Part shown: positions 20,398 to 29,941 of the stretch, piece by piece
Layout: each line of letters opens with the position of its first letter
Numbering within the stretch: position 1 is the first letter of the stretch
Origin: Aquificaceae bacterium
Lineage (GTDB): Bacteria; Aquificota; Aquificia; Aquificales; Aquificaceae
Direction of reading: 5' to 3'
DNA: 64,000 bases
NCBI GenBank assembly: GCA_037925075.1
Contig: JAXSNR010000001.1
Location: 32,001-96,000 of the forward strand
Notes under the pieces: generated by a model
What the model was told of the DNA's origin: nothing
What the model saw: only the letters and a program-made list of their open reading frames with translations
Database searches by the model: none
Made by a program: the position numbers and the translations under genes

Positions 20398-21852
20398 ATG
20401 TTTGATTATGCGGTGGTTGGTGGTGGTATAGGTGGAGTCTTGGCGTCCGCACTTCTTTCTCACGTGGGAAGGGATGTTATCCTTTTTGAGGCCCTTGACT
20501 ACCTTGGAGGCTGTGCAGGAACCTTTAAAAGAGGTGGATACTACTACAATGTGGGTGCTTCTACCTTTGTGGGTGCGGAAGAAAACTTTCCAGTGGGGAA
20601 AATGGCCAAGTTCCTCCGCGTGGAGCTTCCCATAAAGCCCATAGATCCCGCTATGGTGGTTTATGTGGGTGATAAGGTGATAAGGCGTTGGAAAGACAAA
20701 GAGAAGTTTCTTGAGGAGCTTAAACAAGCCTTTCCTGAGTTTGACCATAGACCCTTTTGGAAAAGGGTTTATAGCGTGAGCGATGCCCTGTGGAATATGT
20801 GGTGCGACAGCCTACCTTATCCCACTCTAACCTCACCCTTGAAAAGCTTATCAAAACATCCTATAAGCTTTCTTTCTACCTTTGTATGCAACTTTCTAAG
20901 TGCCAAAAGGGTTGCAAAGGCATACCTTGGAAGTTTCAACTCCGACTATGAGCTTTTTCTCACACATCATACCCTAATAACCGCTCAAGGCTTTTGGGAA
21001 GAGGTGCCCTTTTCCGTTGCATCCTTGGGACTTACCTATCCCAACCTTACCAACTACTACGTGATAGGTGGAATGGGAAGGCTACTTGACACCTTTGCCG
21101 AGAGGGTAAGTCATATAAGCATGAAAACAAGGGTAAAAGCCATAAGAAAAAAGCCTTGGGGCTTTCTCGTAGAAACAAACAAGGGACAGTTTGAAGCAAA
21201 AGGGGTAGTGCTAAACACCACCATCTGGAAGGCGGGAGAGCTTATGGAGGAGCTCAGAGACTTTTCCGAAAGAGCTAAAAGAAAATACTCTAAGCTTTGG
21301 GGTGCCTTTACCATATACATGACCGTAGAGGGCGACCTACCCTCAGATTTTTCCCATCACCACTTTATACTTCTTAAAGAACCCATACCCTACACGGGCA
21401 GTAGGTCCCTGTTTCTTTCCATCTCGGAAGAAGAAGACCCAGTGCTTAGCAAAGAAAAAACTCGTAGCATTACCATATCCACCCACACAAGCCTTGAACT
21501 GTGGGAAGGGCTTTCAAAGGAAGAATACGAAGAAAGAAAGGAGAGGGCTATTGAGTATTGCCTTAGGATAATATACGAACATCTTCCAGAGCTAAAAAAT
21601 CTCAGAAAAATCCGCGTTTTTGCTGGCACTCCCAAGACCTTTGAAAGATACACGGGCAGATACAGGGGCTCTGTGGGTGGCATACCTGTTATAAAGGAAA
21701 ACTTTCCCTTTTCCTATCCATCTCCCTTTACGTCAGTTGATGGCGTTTATCTTGTGGGTGATACAGTCTTTCCGGGTCAAGGATGGCCCGGTGTTAGCAT
21801 GGGGGTGATAAACTTGCTTAAGTTTATAGAAAGGGATATTCGCATATGTTAA
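20398..21852 (+). CDS. Phytoene desaturase-family FAD oxidoreductase (CrtD/CrtI/CrtH-like)
   Basis: VVGGGIGG, GGCAGTFKRGGYYYNVGA, GGMGRL, TPKTFERYT, LVGDTVFPGQG. Confidence 0.8.
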   Translation: MFDYAVVGGGIGGVLASALLSHVGRDVILFEALDYLGGCAGTFKRGGYYYNVGASTFVGAEENFPVGKMAKFLRVELPIKPIDPAMVVYVGDKVIRRWKDKEKFLEELKQAFPEFDHRPFWKRVYSVSDALWNMWCDSLPYPTLTSPLKSLSKHPISFLSTFVCNFLSAKRVAKAYLGSFNSDYELFLTHHTLITAQGFWEEVPFSVASLGLTYPNLTNYYVIGGMGRLLDTFAERVSHISMKTRVKAIRKKPWGFLVETNKGQFEAKGVVLNTTIWKAGELMEELRDFSERAKRKYSKLWGAFTIYMTVEGDLPSDFSHHHFILLKEPIPYTGSRSLFLSISEEEDPVLSKEKTRSITISTHTSLELWEGLSKEEYEERKERAIEYCLRIIYEHLPELKNLRKIRVFAGTPKTFERYTGRYRGSVGGIPVIKENFPFSYPSPFTSVDGVYLVGDTVFPGQGWPGVSMGVINLLKFIERDIRIC

Positions 21853-22832
21853 GGATAAGACCGAGGGAATGGCTTTACATACTCTTGCTTGCTCTTCTTC
21901 TCGGCTTTTCCATATCCGGCTTTGTTGCGTCCTTGCACGGTCAGAAGCTAATACCTGTGGTTTTTCTGGGGCTTATAACCGCCTTTTACATATTTTTTCT
22001 TTCCTTTATCACCACTGAGATTAACAACCGCTGGCTTATAAATAAAATTCCCAAGCCTTTTAGAACTTTCTTTAGCCTGTTTCTTGCCTTGCTTTCTGGT
22101 TTTATCGGTGCCATAGGTGGATACTTTACCAACAAAGCCCTTGGCATAGTGGAACTGCATATCTCTATGGACAAAACTTTTAGCCTTTCCTTTTTTCTTG
22201 GTCTTATGACCGCATCCCTTGGCTATCTTCTTTACAAGTTAGTTTCTCTGCAAAGAAGAGAAGAGGAAAGTAAAAGGCTACTGCTTGAAGAACACATAAG
22301 AAACTTGGAGAATCAAATAGGTCCTCACTTTATGTTTAATACCCTGAACGCACTTACAGAGCTTGTCTATCAGAGCCCTCAGAAGGCTGAAGACGCCATA
22401 CTGGCTTTGGCAAACCTATTAAGAAAAAGCCTCTACTTTGAGCCCCTCATAACTCTTGGAGAAGAGCTTGACATACTTAAAGACTATTGGAAGATTATAA
22501 GCCTGAGATTTACCGGCAGGATTGAACTTGAGACGCAAGTGGATGAAAGCCTTTTGAACCTAAAGGTGCCAAAGTTTTCACTGCAGGTGCTTGTGGAAAA
22601 CGCACTAAAGCATGGGCTAAAGCTTCGCCACGGCAAAGTGGAAGTAAGAGCCTACAGGAAAGGGAATAAGGCAATCGTGGAGGTTGTGGATAACGGCGTG
22701 GGATTTAAGCAAATAAGGGAAGGCACTGGACTTTCTAATCTAAGAAAAAGGCTTGAGCTATGCGGTGGAAAGCTGAGCTACCAATCTTCTAAAGGTCTGA
22801 CGGCCTTTAGGATGGAGTTTGACAAAAGGTAA
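21846..22832 (+). CDS. LytS-type sensor histidine kinase
   Basis: About 4 TM helices; H-box QIGPHFMFNTLN, LVENALKHG, DNGVG, GTGLSN. Confidence 0.9.
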   Translation: MLRIRPREWLYILLLALLLGFSISGFVASLHGQKLIPVVFLGLITAFYIFFLSFITTEINNRWLINKIPKPFRTFFSLFLALLSGFIGAIGGYFTNKALGIVELHISMDKTFSLSFFLGLMTASLGYLLYKLVSLQRREEESKRLLLEEHIRNLENQIGPHFMFNTLNALTELVYQSPQKAEDAILALANLLRKSLYFEPLITLGEELDILKDYWKIISLRFTGRIELETQVDESLLNLKVPKFSLQVLVENALKHGLKLRHGKVEVRAYRKGNKAIVEVVDNGVGFKQIREGTGLSNLRKRLELCGGKLSYQSSKGLTAFRMEFDKR

Positions 22833-22840
22833 AAATCAAA

Positions 22841-22857
22841 TTCTTAAGTGTAAAGCT
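22841..22857 (+). promoter_or_regulatory. Candidate regulator site 2 (possibly LytTR)
   Basis: TTCttAAGTGTAAAGCT, matching site 1. Confidence 0.5.
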
Positions 22858-22925
22858 GTGCTATACCAGAGGGAAAGGGAGATGTGTATTTTGTTTTTTT
22901 AGTAAAAACTAAGGAGGTATAAACC

Positions 22926-23027
22926 ATGCAACTACCAGAGACCTTTAGGTTTATGAGGTTGGGATGGTGGATAGTCCATATAATTGGGATAACTCTTGTT
23001 TTCTTGCTTGGTAGATGGACCGCCTGA
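22926..23027 (+). CDS. Small membrane protein (33 aa), missed by the ORF track
   Basis: SD AAGGAGGT, then MQLPETFRFMRLGWWIVHIIGITLVFLLGRWTA*; one TM helix; overlaps the start of the next gene. Confidence 0.7.
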   Translation: MQLPETFRFMRLGWWIVHIIGITLVFLLGRWTA

Positions 23028-23605
23028 AAGATGCCCGCCATGCCTTGCCTCCTCCTGAGAGGGTCTCCCCCGCCCCTCAGGAAACTTTCAAAAGCTTGGA
23101 GGACGCTTATTTTTTGGGTTATGTGCCAAGGCCAGTGGCACTGGTTTGCGTAGGAGAAAACCCGCTGGCGGTCGCTTGGCACATGCCCACAAACAAAGAG
23201 CCCTTTATGTACGCGGTAGCCATCGCAAAGGAAAACTACAGCCACCAGCTTCTACAGTCAGAACAAGACTTTACCATCAACTTCCTACCATCAAAGTACC
23301 TAAGGGACATACTCATAGCGGGAAGTCATCACGGAAACTTGATAAACAAGTGGGAATTGTTTAAATATATTAAACCTGTAAGGGCATCTAAGGTGAGGGC
23401 TTTGATGGTATCTGACGCTTTGCTCGTGTATGAATGCAAGTACGAAAGGCTTTTACCCTTTTATGACCACAGCTTACTTATAGGCAAGGTGGAACTCATA
23501 CACTACCAAAAGGGCAAGCTAAAGCCGGAAAAGGTAAAGTATCCACTTCACATGGGGAAAAGCTACTTCTCCGAAAACAAAAAACCCCACAAAGAACGAC
23601 CATGA
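23015..23605 (+). CDS. Flavin reductase-like protein (DIM6/NTAB family)
   Basis: PRPVALV, FTINF, VYEC, DHSLLIGKV. Confidence 0.8.
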   Translation: MDRLKDARHALPPPERVSPAPQETFKSLEDAYFLGYVPRPVALVCVGENPLAVAWHMPTNKEPFMYAVAIAKENYSHQLLQSEQDFTINFLPSKYLRDILIAGSHHGNLINKWELFKYIKPVRASKVRALMVSDALLVYECKYERLLPFYDHSLLIGKVELIHYQKGKLKPEKVKYPLHMGKSYFSENKKPHKERP

Positions 23606-23853
23606 AAAGGACCATCCACAGGCTTTTGGGCTTTTCATTTCTTGGGCTTGGCACCATAGGGATATTTTTACCCCTTTTGCCTACCGTTCCCCTGTACCTG
23701 CTTGCCTTATTGTTTCTCTCAAAGGCAGGCAAAAGGGATATAGTAAGACTTAAAAGGCTACCATTCTTAGGTAAAAGGATACATCCGTACATAAAAAGGT
23801 CTTTAAAATACCTAAAAAGATGGACTACACGACCGCAAAGTTTATACACCTGA
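23602..23853 (+). CDS. YbaN/DUF454 family membrane protein
   Basis: LGFSFLGLGTIGIFLPLLPTVPLYLLA signature. Confidence 0.75.
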   Translation: MKRTIHRLLGFSFLGLGTIGIFLPLLPTVPLYLLALLFLSKAGKRDIVRLKRLPFLGKRIHPYIKRSLKYLKRWTTRPQSLYT

Positions 23854-24260
23854 TGGGCATCTTTGTGTGGGCGAGTGCCTCATCATCCTTGGGACTTTTT
23901 ATGCTCTACTCCATGAGAAAAGAGACCGGTTGCAACCAACATATTCTGAGAAGCTTCTACCGATGGATGACAAACCTTGAAATAGCGGGCTTTTTGGTCG
24001 CCCTGAGCATGGGGCTTTATATGCTACATCTTTTGAGGTATAAGTTTGACATAAACTGGCTCAACTACAAACTACCCTTGGTCTTTGGCGTGCTTTTGCC
24101 ATTGGAGGTGCTTAACTTCTGGTTTGTTAATATCCACATCCCAAAAGCAAAGGATAAGATGAAAGCATACAAAAACTATGACCTTTTCAACTACATGGTC
24201 GCAATTCCTTTGATAGTGGTCTCCTTGATGGTTATATACCTTGCGGTTGCAAAGCCATGA
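23820..24260 (+). CDS. Four-TM membrane protein (CopD/HemJ/DUF2269-like)
   Basis: KFIHLMGIFVW, WLNYKL, terminal LAVAKP. Confidence 0.55.
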   Translation: MDYTTAKFIHLMGIFVWASASSSLGLFMLYSMRKETGCNQHILRSFYRWMTNLEIAGFLVALSMGLYMLHLLRYKFDINWLNYKLPLVFGVLLPLEVLNFWFVNIHIPKAKDKMKAYKNYDLFNYMVAIPLIVVSLMVIYLAVAKP

Positions 24261-25540
24261 GGGCGGTCTATCTTTTCAAAAGGGACCTAAGACTAAAAGA
24301 CAACAGGGGGCTTTCTATTGCGTCAGAAAGGCACAAGGAAGTGATCCCTCTGTTTATCTTTGATAAGCATATACTTGAGGACCTAAGGGTAGATAAAAAA
24401 AGGTTAGGATATCTGGTAAATGCTTTAGAAGCTATTTCATCTAAGATAAAGCTTTACTGTCTTCAAGGTAGCACGCGGGATGCACTTGTGGAAGTCTTTA
24501 AGGTCGCAAAGCCCACGCATCTGTACACTACCGCCTCTTACAGTTGGAGCGGAAAAGAGAGAAACGAAGCCATAAAAGAGGTTTGCAAGGCTTACGGTGT
24601 GGAGTATGTGGAGGTCTTTGAAAACTTCCTTGCACCACCAGAAACCATACCCCAAAGAAAAGTATACACGCCCTTTTACAAGGAGTGGATACAAAGACTG
24701 GACCTTTCGGAAGCTTCATTACGGACTTTCAGAGTGCCAGACCTACCACTTCCAACGTTAAGGGACCTTAGCCTTGAGTTTGAGGACCCAAAGCCCTTTT
24801 ATCCAAAAGATTGCGAGCAAAGGCTCAAAGGCTTTTCCTTTGAAGAGTATGATAAGCTTAGAAACTACCCCGCACTTGATGGCTCTTCAAAGCTTTCTCC
24901 ATGCATAAGGTTTGGAATGCTTTCTCTCAGAGAAATTTTTAAAACTGCCCAACTTAGAAGCGATCAGTTTATAAAGGAGCTTGCTTGGAGAGAGTTTTGG
25001 TACCACATAGCCCTACACTTTCCACATACCAGATATGTTGAATTTCAAGAGAAAAGAAGAGGTATAAGATGGGAAAACAGGGAGGAGTATATAAGGGCAT
25101 TTTTAGAAGCACGTACAGGCTACCCCATAGTGGATGCGGGCATAAGACAGTTAAGGGAAGAAAAGTGGCTTCACAACAGAATGAGGATGATAGTGGGAAG
25201 CTTTCTCACCAAGGTTCTACTGGTAGATTGGAGAATAGGTGAGGAGTTTTTTAAAGAGCATCTTCTGGACTACGACGAGGTGGTAAATGTGGGCAACTGG
25301 CAATGGACTGCTTCCGTAGGTGCAGACCCAAAACCCCTAAGGCTTTTCAACCCAATTCTTCAGGCACAAAGATATGACCCAGAGTGCAAATACATTAAAA
25401 AATACATCCCTGAGCTTTCAAAACTACCCTGTTATATGCTACACGACCCACTAAACCACTCTCTTCCTTACCACAAGCCCATAGTCCATTACTACGAAAG
25501 GATAAAGTTAGTAAAGGAGCTTTACAGAACATCTCCATAG
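24257..25540 (+). CDS. phrB: Deoxyribodipyrimidine photolyase
   Basis: RDLRLKDN, SKLSPCIRFG, ELAWREF, TGYPIVDAGIRQL, HNRMRM, LDYD, GNWQW, RLFNP. Confidence 0.93.
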   Translation: MRAVYLFKRDLRLKDNRGLSIASERHKEVIPLFIFDKHILEDLRVDKKRLGYLVNALEAISSKIKLYCLQGSTRDALVEVFKVAKPTHLYTTASYSWSGKERNEAIKEVCKAYGVEYVEVFENFLAPPETIPQRKVYTPFYKEWIQRLDLSEASLRTFRVPDLPLPTLRDLSLEFEDPKPFYPKDCEQRLKGFSFEEYDKLRNYPALDGSSKLSPCIRFGMLSLREIFKTAQLRSDQFIKELAWREFWYHIALHFPHTRYVEFQEKRRGIRWENREEYIRAFLEARTGYPIVDAGIRQLREEKWLHNRMRMIVGSFLTKVLLVDWRIGEEFFKEHLLDYDEVVNVGNWQWTASVGADPKPLRLFNPILQAQRYDPECKYIKKYIPELSKLPCYMLHDPLNHSLPYHKPIVHYYERIKLVKELYRTSP

Positions 25541-25569
25541 AGCCCAAAGGTATTATATTTAATAGGAGC

Positions 25570-26433
25570 ATGGAGCTAATTGTTAGCACCATAACGATTA
25601 TAGGAGCTGTGGTAGGCGTTGGAGTGTTTTTGCTTATGCATATGGACAAGAGAATAGACAGACTTCAGGAGGACATCCACAAGCTTGAAGAAAGGATAGA
25701 CAAGGTAGATGCCAAAGTGGAGGCGGTCAGGCAGGAACTAAAGGAGGATATACAAAGATTAGACGCAAAAGTGGAGGCTGTAAAGCAAGAACTAAAGGAA
25801 GATATACATAGACTTGAGGAAAGAATAGATAAAGTGGATGCAAAAGTGGATGCGGTCAAACAAGAACTCAAGGAAGATATACATAGACTTGAGGAAAGGA
25901 TAGATAAAGTGGATGCAAAAGTGGATACGGTAAAACAAGAGCTAAAGGAAGATATACAAAAAGTAGATGCAAAAGTGGATGCGGTCAAGAAGGAGCTTAA
26001 AGAGGATATACAGAGAGTTGAAGAAAGAATAGACAAAGTTGATGCAAAAGTAGATATAGCCAAACAGGAGTTAAAAGAAGACATACAGAAAGTAGATGCG
26101 AAGATAGATGTAGTAAAACAAGAGCTAAAAGAAGATATACAAAGAGTTGATGCAAAAGTTGATGCAGTCAAAAAGGAACTCAAAGAAGATATAAATAGAG
26201 TTGAGGAAAGGATAGATAAAGTGGATGCAAAAGTGGATACGGTAAAACAAGAGCTTAAAGAAGAAATACACAAGGTAGAATCTAAAGTGGATATCACACG
26301 TCAAGATTTAAAGGCGGAGATTATGGAAACCAACAGAAGAATAAGCCATGCGGAGTCTGAGCTAAAACAGGATATTAGAGAGATAAGGGTGGTGATCTTT
26401 AAGATATTGGAGGTGCCTCACAAAGAGGGCTAA
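25570..26433 (+). CDS. Membrane-anchored tandem-repeat coiled-coil protein
   Basis: N-terminal TM, then repeated ELKEDI(HRLEERI)DKVDAKVDAVKQ units; SD AGGAG. Confidence 0.8.
   Translation: MELIVSTITIIGAVVGVGVFLLMHMDKRIDRLQEDIHKLEERIDKVDAKVEAVRQELKEDIQRLDAKVEAVKQELKEDIHRLEERIDKVDAKVDAVKQELKEDIHRLEERIDKVDAKVDTVKQELKEDIQKVDAKVDAVKKELKEDIQRVEERIDKVDAKVDIAKQELKEDIQKVDAKIDVVKQELKEDIQRVDAKVDAVKKELKEDINRVEERIDKVDAKVDTVKQELKEEIHKVESKVDITRQDLKAEIMETNRRISHAESELKQDIREIRVVIFKILEVPHKEG
25660..26310 (+). repeat. Intragenic imperfect tandem repeats (54- and 75-bp units)
   Basis: Recurrent gaagatatacatagacttgaggaaag.atagataaagtggatgcaaaagtggat and shorter variants. Confidence 0.85.
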
Positions 26434-27155
26434 AGGTTTAGGTAATCTCTCAAAGCTTTAGCACCCTCTCTACTGGTTTTTAGGGTCTCGTTTATGTCTT
26501 TGAAAACTATCACATATTTACTTTGCTCTACGCTTTTTAGCTCCTTTACCTTGTTAAGATTTACGAGGTAAGACCTATGGACTCTGAAAAAGTTATAGGG
26601 TCTTAGCTGTTCTTCTATTTCATAAAGCTTTTTGCTTAGTGGCAAAAGTCCCTCTTTTGTCCTCACGCTTACCTCTCCCATCTCCGCTTGCACATAGTAT
26701 ATGTCTTCTGGGTTTAGAAATATAACCTTATTGCCAAGCTTTGCGGGTATTATGGGACGCTCCACCTTTATAAGGTTGGATACTTGTTGAAAGTTGCTTT
26801 TCTTTTCTAAGACCTTGTCTATGGCTTTGGTTAGGTCTTCTTGGGAAAAGGGCTTTAGAAGGTAATCTACCGCAGAAATTCTGAAGGCTTCAAGGGCGTA
26901 CTCACCATAGGCTGTGGTAAAAACAATATAAGGCTTTAGCCCAAGAGAAAGCACCTCCTTTGCCAAATCTATACCTGTGCCATCTGGAAGCCTTATGTCA
27001 AGGAATATTACATCCGGCTTTTTCTCCTCTATAAGCTTTAGGGCTTCTTCGTAGGTGCCTGCTTCTCCCACAATTTCAAGCCTGCCGTCTTGACTTATCA
27101 TTCTTTTAAGTCTTTGGACTGCAAGAGGCTCGTCTTCAACTATGAAGGCTCTCAT
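26430..27155 (-). CDS. LytTR-family response regulator
   Basis: REC domain (VEDEPLA, FLDIRLP, FTTAY, DYLLKP) plus LytTR domain (FFRVHRSYLVNL). Confidence 0.93.
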   Translation of the reverse strand: MRAFIVEDEPLAVQRLKRMISQDGRLEIVGEAGTYEEALKLIEEKKPDVIFLDIRLPDGTGIDLAKEVLSLGLKPYIVFTTAYGEYALEAFRISAVDYLLKPFSQEDLTKAIDKVLEKKSNFQQVSNLIKVERPIIPAKLGNKVIFLNPEDIYYVQAEMGEVSVRTKEGLLPLSKKLYEIEEQLRPYNFFRVHRSYLVNLNKVKELKSVEQSKYVIVFKDINETLKTSREGAKALRDYLNL

Positions 27156-27215
27156 GTTATATATTTTCTTCGTCCCTTATGCATTTTATAGACCACTTTT
27201 TACTTTTCATCCTAT

Positions 27216-27250
27216 AAAAAAGGAGGGCTCCCCCACATGGGAAGAGCCTT
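27216..27250 (-). terminator. Probable intrinsic terminator after the TonB receptor
   Basis: Minus-strand hairpin AGGCTC-TTCCCATGTGGGG-GAGCCCT, then CC and T6. Confidence 0.55.
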
Positions 27251-27268
27251 AGTATTGCCATGCTGGGC

Positions 27269-29338
27269 TTAAAATTGGTAGCTGGCACTCAAATATAAGC
27301 TTCTTCCCGGCTCGGGAACCTTTACTCCCGTCGCAAAGGGATTTCTTACATAAGAGAGGTGTTCGTAGTACTTTTTGTCAAAGAGGTTTTCTACACCTAA
27401 GTTTAGTGTAAGGTTAGCAATGCTTACTCCAGCCTTTAGATTAACAATGCCCCAGCCCGAGGTTTTTTGTTCTCCAAGGTCTGAATCCACCTTGCTTTGA
27501 GTGGAGGTTGCTATGGTCTCTGCCTCCACAAACCATATGCCCGTGTCGTACCTTACTCCAAGCCTACCTCTCAAAGGTGGCACCTCCGCCACATCCTTGT
27601 CGTTGATGTTTATGTCTGGCTTTTTGTCTTTTCTGCCTTCTACGTAGCTTGCACCGGCAAACAAGAATAGGTTTTTCCAAAGGTTGTAGGTGGAGCTTAG
27701 CTCAAAGCCCCAAAAGCGGGCATCCACGTTGGCATAGGTCTGAGCCATCCCACCAGAGGGAGCGACCATTGGTATAGGATTGACTACTGGCTTTTTATTT
27801 ACCGTTATGTAGTCCTGCACATAGCTAACAAAGACAGTAGCCTTTGCAATGGACTTTTGGGTTTGATGTTTAATTCCAAGGTCAAGCTCAAGGTTTTTGG
27901 AGGGCTTTAGCTGAGGATTACCAACCCACGCACAGAAAGTGTTGTTTTGTTGTGGATTGCACATCATAGCCCTATTTAGAGCAAAATACCTTTCCTGAGG
28001 GTCTGGCACTCTTACCGCATAGCCAAGTCCCGCAAAGAGTTCCACTCCAGAAGATAGGTCATAAAAGAGCTGAAGATTTCCGGAAGGGTATGTATCACTT
28101 TTTGAGGTGCTTCTGGTGTTGTGGTACGCATAGTAAAGGTCTGTGTTTGCCTTAGAAGAGTCCGCTTCGCTCTTTGTAGTATCAAGCCTTATTCCTGCAA
28201 CCATTCTAAGGTTTTGGCTTATGGTCCTTTTGTACTCTCCGTACATGCCAAAGCTTGTTATATCCACATCTGGGATAATAAACTGCCTGCCATAGGCTTG
28301 AGCCATCTGATTCCACATGTAATTTACCGCATCCCAGTTTCTCTTGTAGGCTTCAAAGCCAAGGGTGAGGTCAGAAATCTTTGCTTCTATTCTTCCCCCG
28401 TAGGTCTTTGTTTGGGCGTCGGTAGCCATGGAGTAGGGTCCTGATGGCTGACCGCTAAAGGTTCTGTATCTGTTGTCCATCCAGTGGTCCACCTTTGTGT
28501 AGTAGAGCTGGAATTCAAGGGATTTTATGAGGTCTGAGATTTTACCAATCTTGTAGTTTAGGTTAAACCTGTCCGTCTTGTCGTATATGGCATCCATCAT
28601 AAGTGCGGGATAGAGCACATGTCTTGCGTCCTGCTTTGTGTAGCCTACTTCAAACTCGTGGTTTTCCAAAGGTTTAAAGCCAAGCTTTGCCCAGTAGGTG
28701 TTTATCTCAAAGGCTTTGGAATTCTTAAATTGAGGTTTGTAGTTGGCATACTCGGTTATTTTCTTTCCATCTCCATCCTCATAGGGCTTGGAATACTTGT
28801 AGGAATATCCAAAAAGGCTGTAGAACCTTTCATCTCTGTAGGAAATCACAGGCGAGAAGTTTCTAAAGTCAAAGGATCCAAGGGTTGCGTTAAGCTTTAG
28901 CCTAAAGCCTTTCTCTGGCTTTTTGGTTATTATATTGACAAGCCCTCCGAGAGAGCCCTGATGCCTTATATCAAAGGGACCTTTTGTGATATCTATCTTT
29001 TCCACTTCGGAAAAATCCACATGAAAGGCGGGTGGGTCCATCCTGTTAGGACATGCCCCATGAACCTCCGAATCATCAATAAGCACGTTTATGTTGTCCC
29101 TCTGAAAGGCACGAATTAGCACATCGTTGGCTATCCCAGCCTTTCTGAATTTGTGAAGCCCTTCAATCTTTGTGAGTGCGTCTCCCACATCTTTGGCAAA
29201 GGATTCTCTTACCTCTCTTATCTCAAGGCTGTCCTTAAAGGTTTCCCTTTTGCCCTTTACTTCCACCTCTTTAAGTAAAAGCTCCTGAGCTAAAACTGGA
29301 AAGCTAAAGACCGCACCAAGCAGAAGAAATTTTCTCAT
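27269..29338 (-). CDS. TonB-dependent receptor, OprC/NosA-like (copper)
   Basis: Signal peptide; plug motif GACPNRMDPP; YPALMMDA; C-terminal NLFDKKYYEHL...EPGRSLYLSASYQF. Confidence 0.85.
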   Translation of the reverse strand: MRKFLLLGAVFSFPVLAQELLLKEVEVKGKRETFKDSLEIREVRESFAKDVGDALTKIEGLHKFRKAGIANDVLIRAFQRDNINVLIDDSEVHGACPNRMDPPAFHVDFSEVEKIDITKGPFDIRHQGSLGGLVNIITKKPEKGFRLKLNATLGSFDFRNFSPVISYRDERFYSLFGYSYKYSKPYEDGDGKKITEYANYKPQFKNSKAFEINTYWAKLGFKPLENHEFEVGYTKQDARHVLYPALMMDAIYDKTDRFNLNYKIGKISDLIKSLEFQLYYTKVDHWMDNRYRTFSGQPSGPYSMATDAQTKTYGGRIEAKISDLTLGFEAYKRNWDAVNYMWNQMAQAYGRQFIIPDVDITSFGMYGEYKRTISQNLRMVAGIRLDTTKSEADSSKANTDLYYAYHNTRSTSKSDTYPSGNLQLFYDLSSGVELFAGLGYAVRVPDPQERYFALNRAMMCNPQQNNTFCAWVGNPQLKPSKNLELDLGIKHQTQKSIAKATVFVSYVQDYITVNKKPVVNPIPMVAPSGGMAQTYANVDARFWGFELSSTYNLWKNLFLFAGASYVEGRKDKKPDININDKDVAEVPPLRGRLGVRYDTGIWFVEAETIATSTQSKVDSDLGEQKTSGWGIVNLKAGVSIANLTLNLGVENLFDKKYYEHLSYVRNPFATGVKVPEPGRSLYLSASYQF

Positions 29339-29373
29339 GATTTCACCTCCAATTTAAAGTGGAATTAAAGTAA

Positions 29374-29402
29374 ATAATAACACAGAATATGACCTGTGTC
29401 AA
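29374..29402 (-). promoter_or_regulatory. Sigma70 promoter with an overlapping palindrome (candidate operator)
   Basis: TTGACA, 17 bp, TATTAT; ACACAG-N8-CTGTGT at 29380-29399. Confidence 0.7.
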
Positions 29403-29434
29403 GCTTTGTATGTGAAGTACCTTAGATAGCCTTA

Positions 29435-29941
29435 TTACTTATAGACTTTCCTTCTGAAAATATCCTTTGGGGATACGAGCCTTTCTATGAACACCTTTCC
29501 CTCAAGGTGGTCTATCTCGTGCTGTATCACAACCGCCTCAAAGCCCTCCGTTTCAAATTCTAAAAGTTCTCCCTTCTGGTCAAGAGCCCTTACCTTTATC
29601 CAGTAGTGTCTTTTTACATTGCCCGTGTAGTCTGGGACGCTAAGACAGCCCTCTCTTACCACAAGCTCTCCCTCCGCCTGAACTACTTCGGGGTTTATAA
29701 GCACCATAAGCCCATGGCTAAGCTTGTTTTCTCTGTGTTTGGAGTTGGAGGTATCCACCACTATTATCCTTTTATGGACTCCCACCTGAGGGGACGCTAT
29801 GCCCACACATCCGGGGGAGGCTTTCATGGTATAAACAAGGTCTTCTACAAAGCTTTGTAAATCCTTGTCAAAGGAAACCACCTCAAGGGAGGGGATCTTA
29901 AGCCTTTCGTCGGGGTAGGTTATTATGGGTAGCTTTCTCAT
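29435..29941 (-). CDS. def: Peptide deformylase
   Basis: VGIASPQVG, EGCLSVP, QHEIDHLEG. Confidence 0.95.
   Translation of the reverse strand: MRKLPIITYPDERLKIPSLEVVSFDKDLQSFVEDLVYTMKASPGCVGIASPQVGVHKRIIVVDTSNSKHRENKLSHGLMVLINPEVVQAEGELVVREGCLSVPDYTGNVKRHYWIKVRALDQKGELLEFETEGFEAVVIQHEIDHLEGKVFIERLVSPKDIFRRKVYK

Noticed and set aside
25665..26297. 210-aa Ser/Thr-rich antisense ORF
   Set aside because: Shadow of the repetitive coiled-coil gene on the + strand
25660..26310. Possible CRISPR array
   Set aside because: Repeats are in-frame coding units without unique spacers, and no cas genes are present
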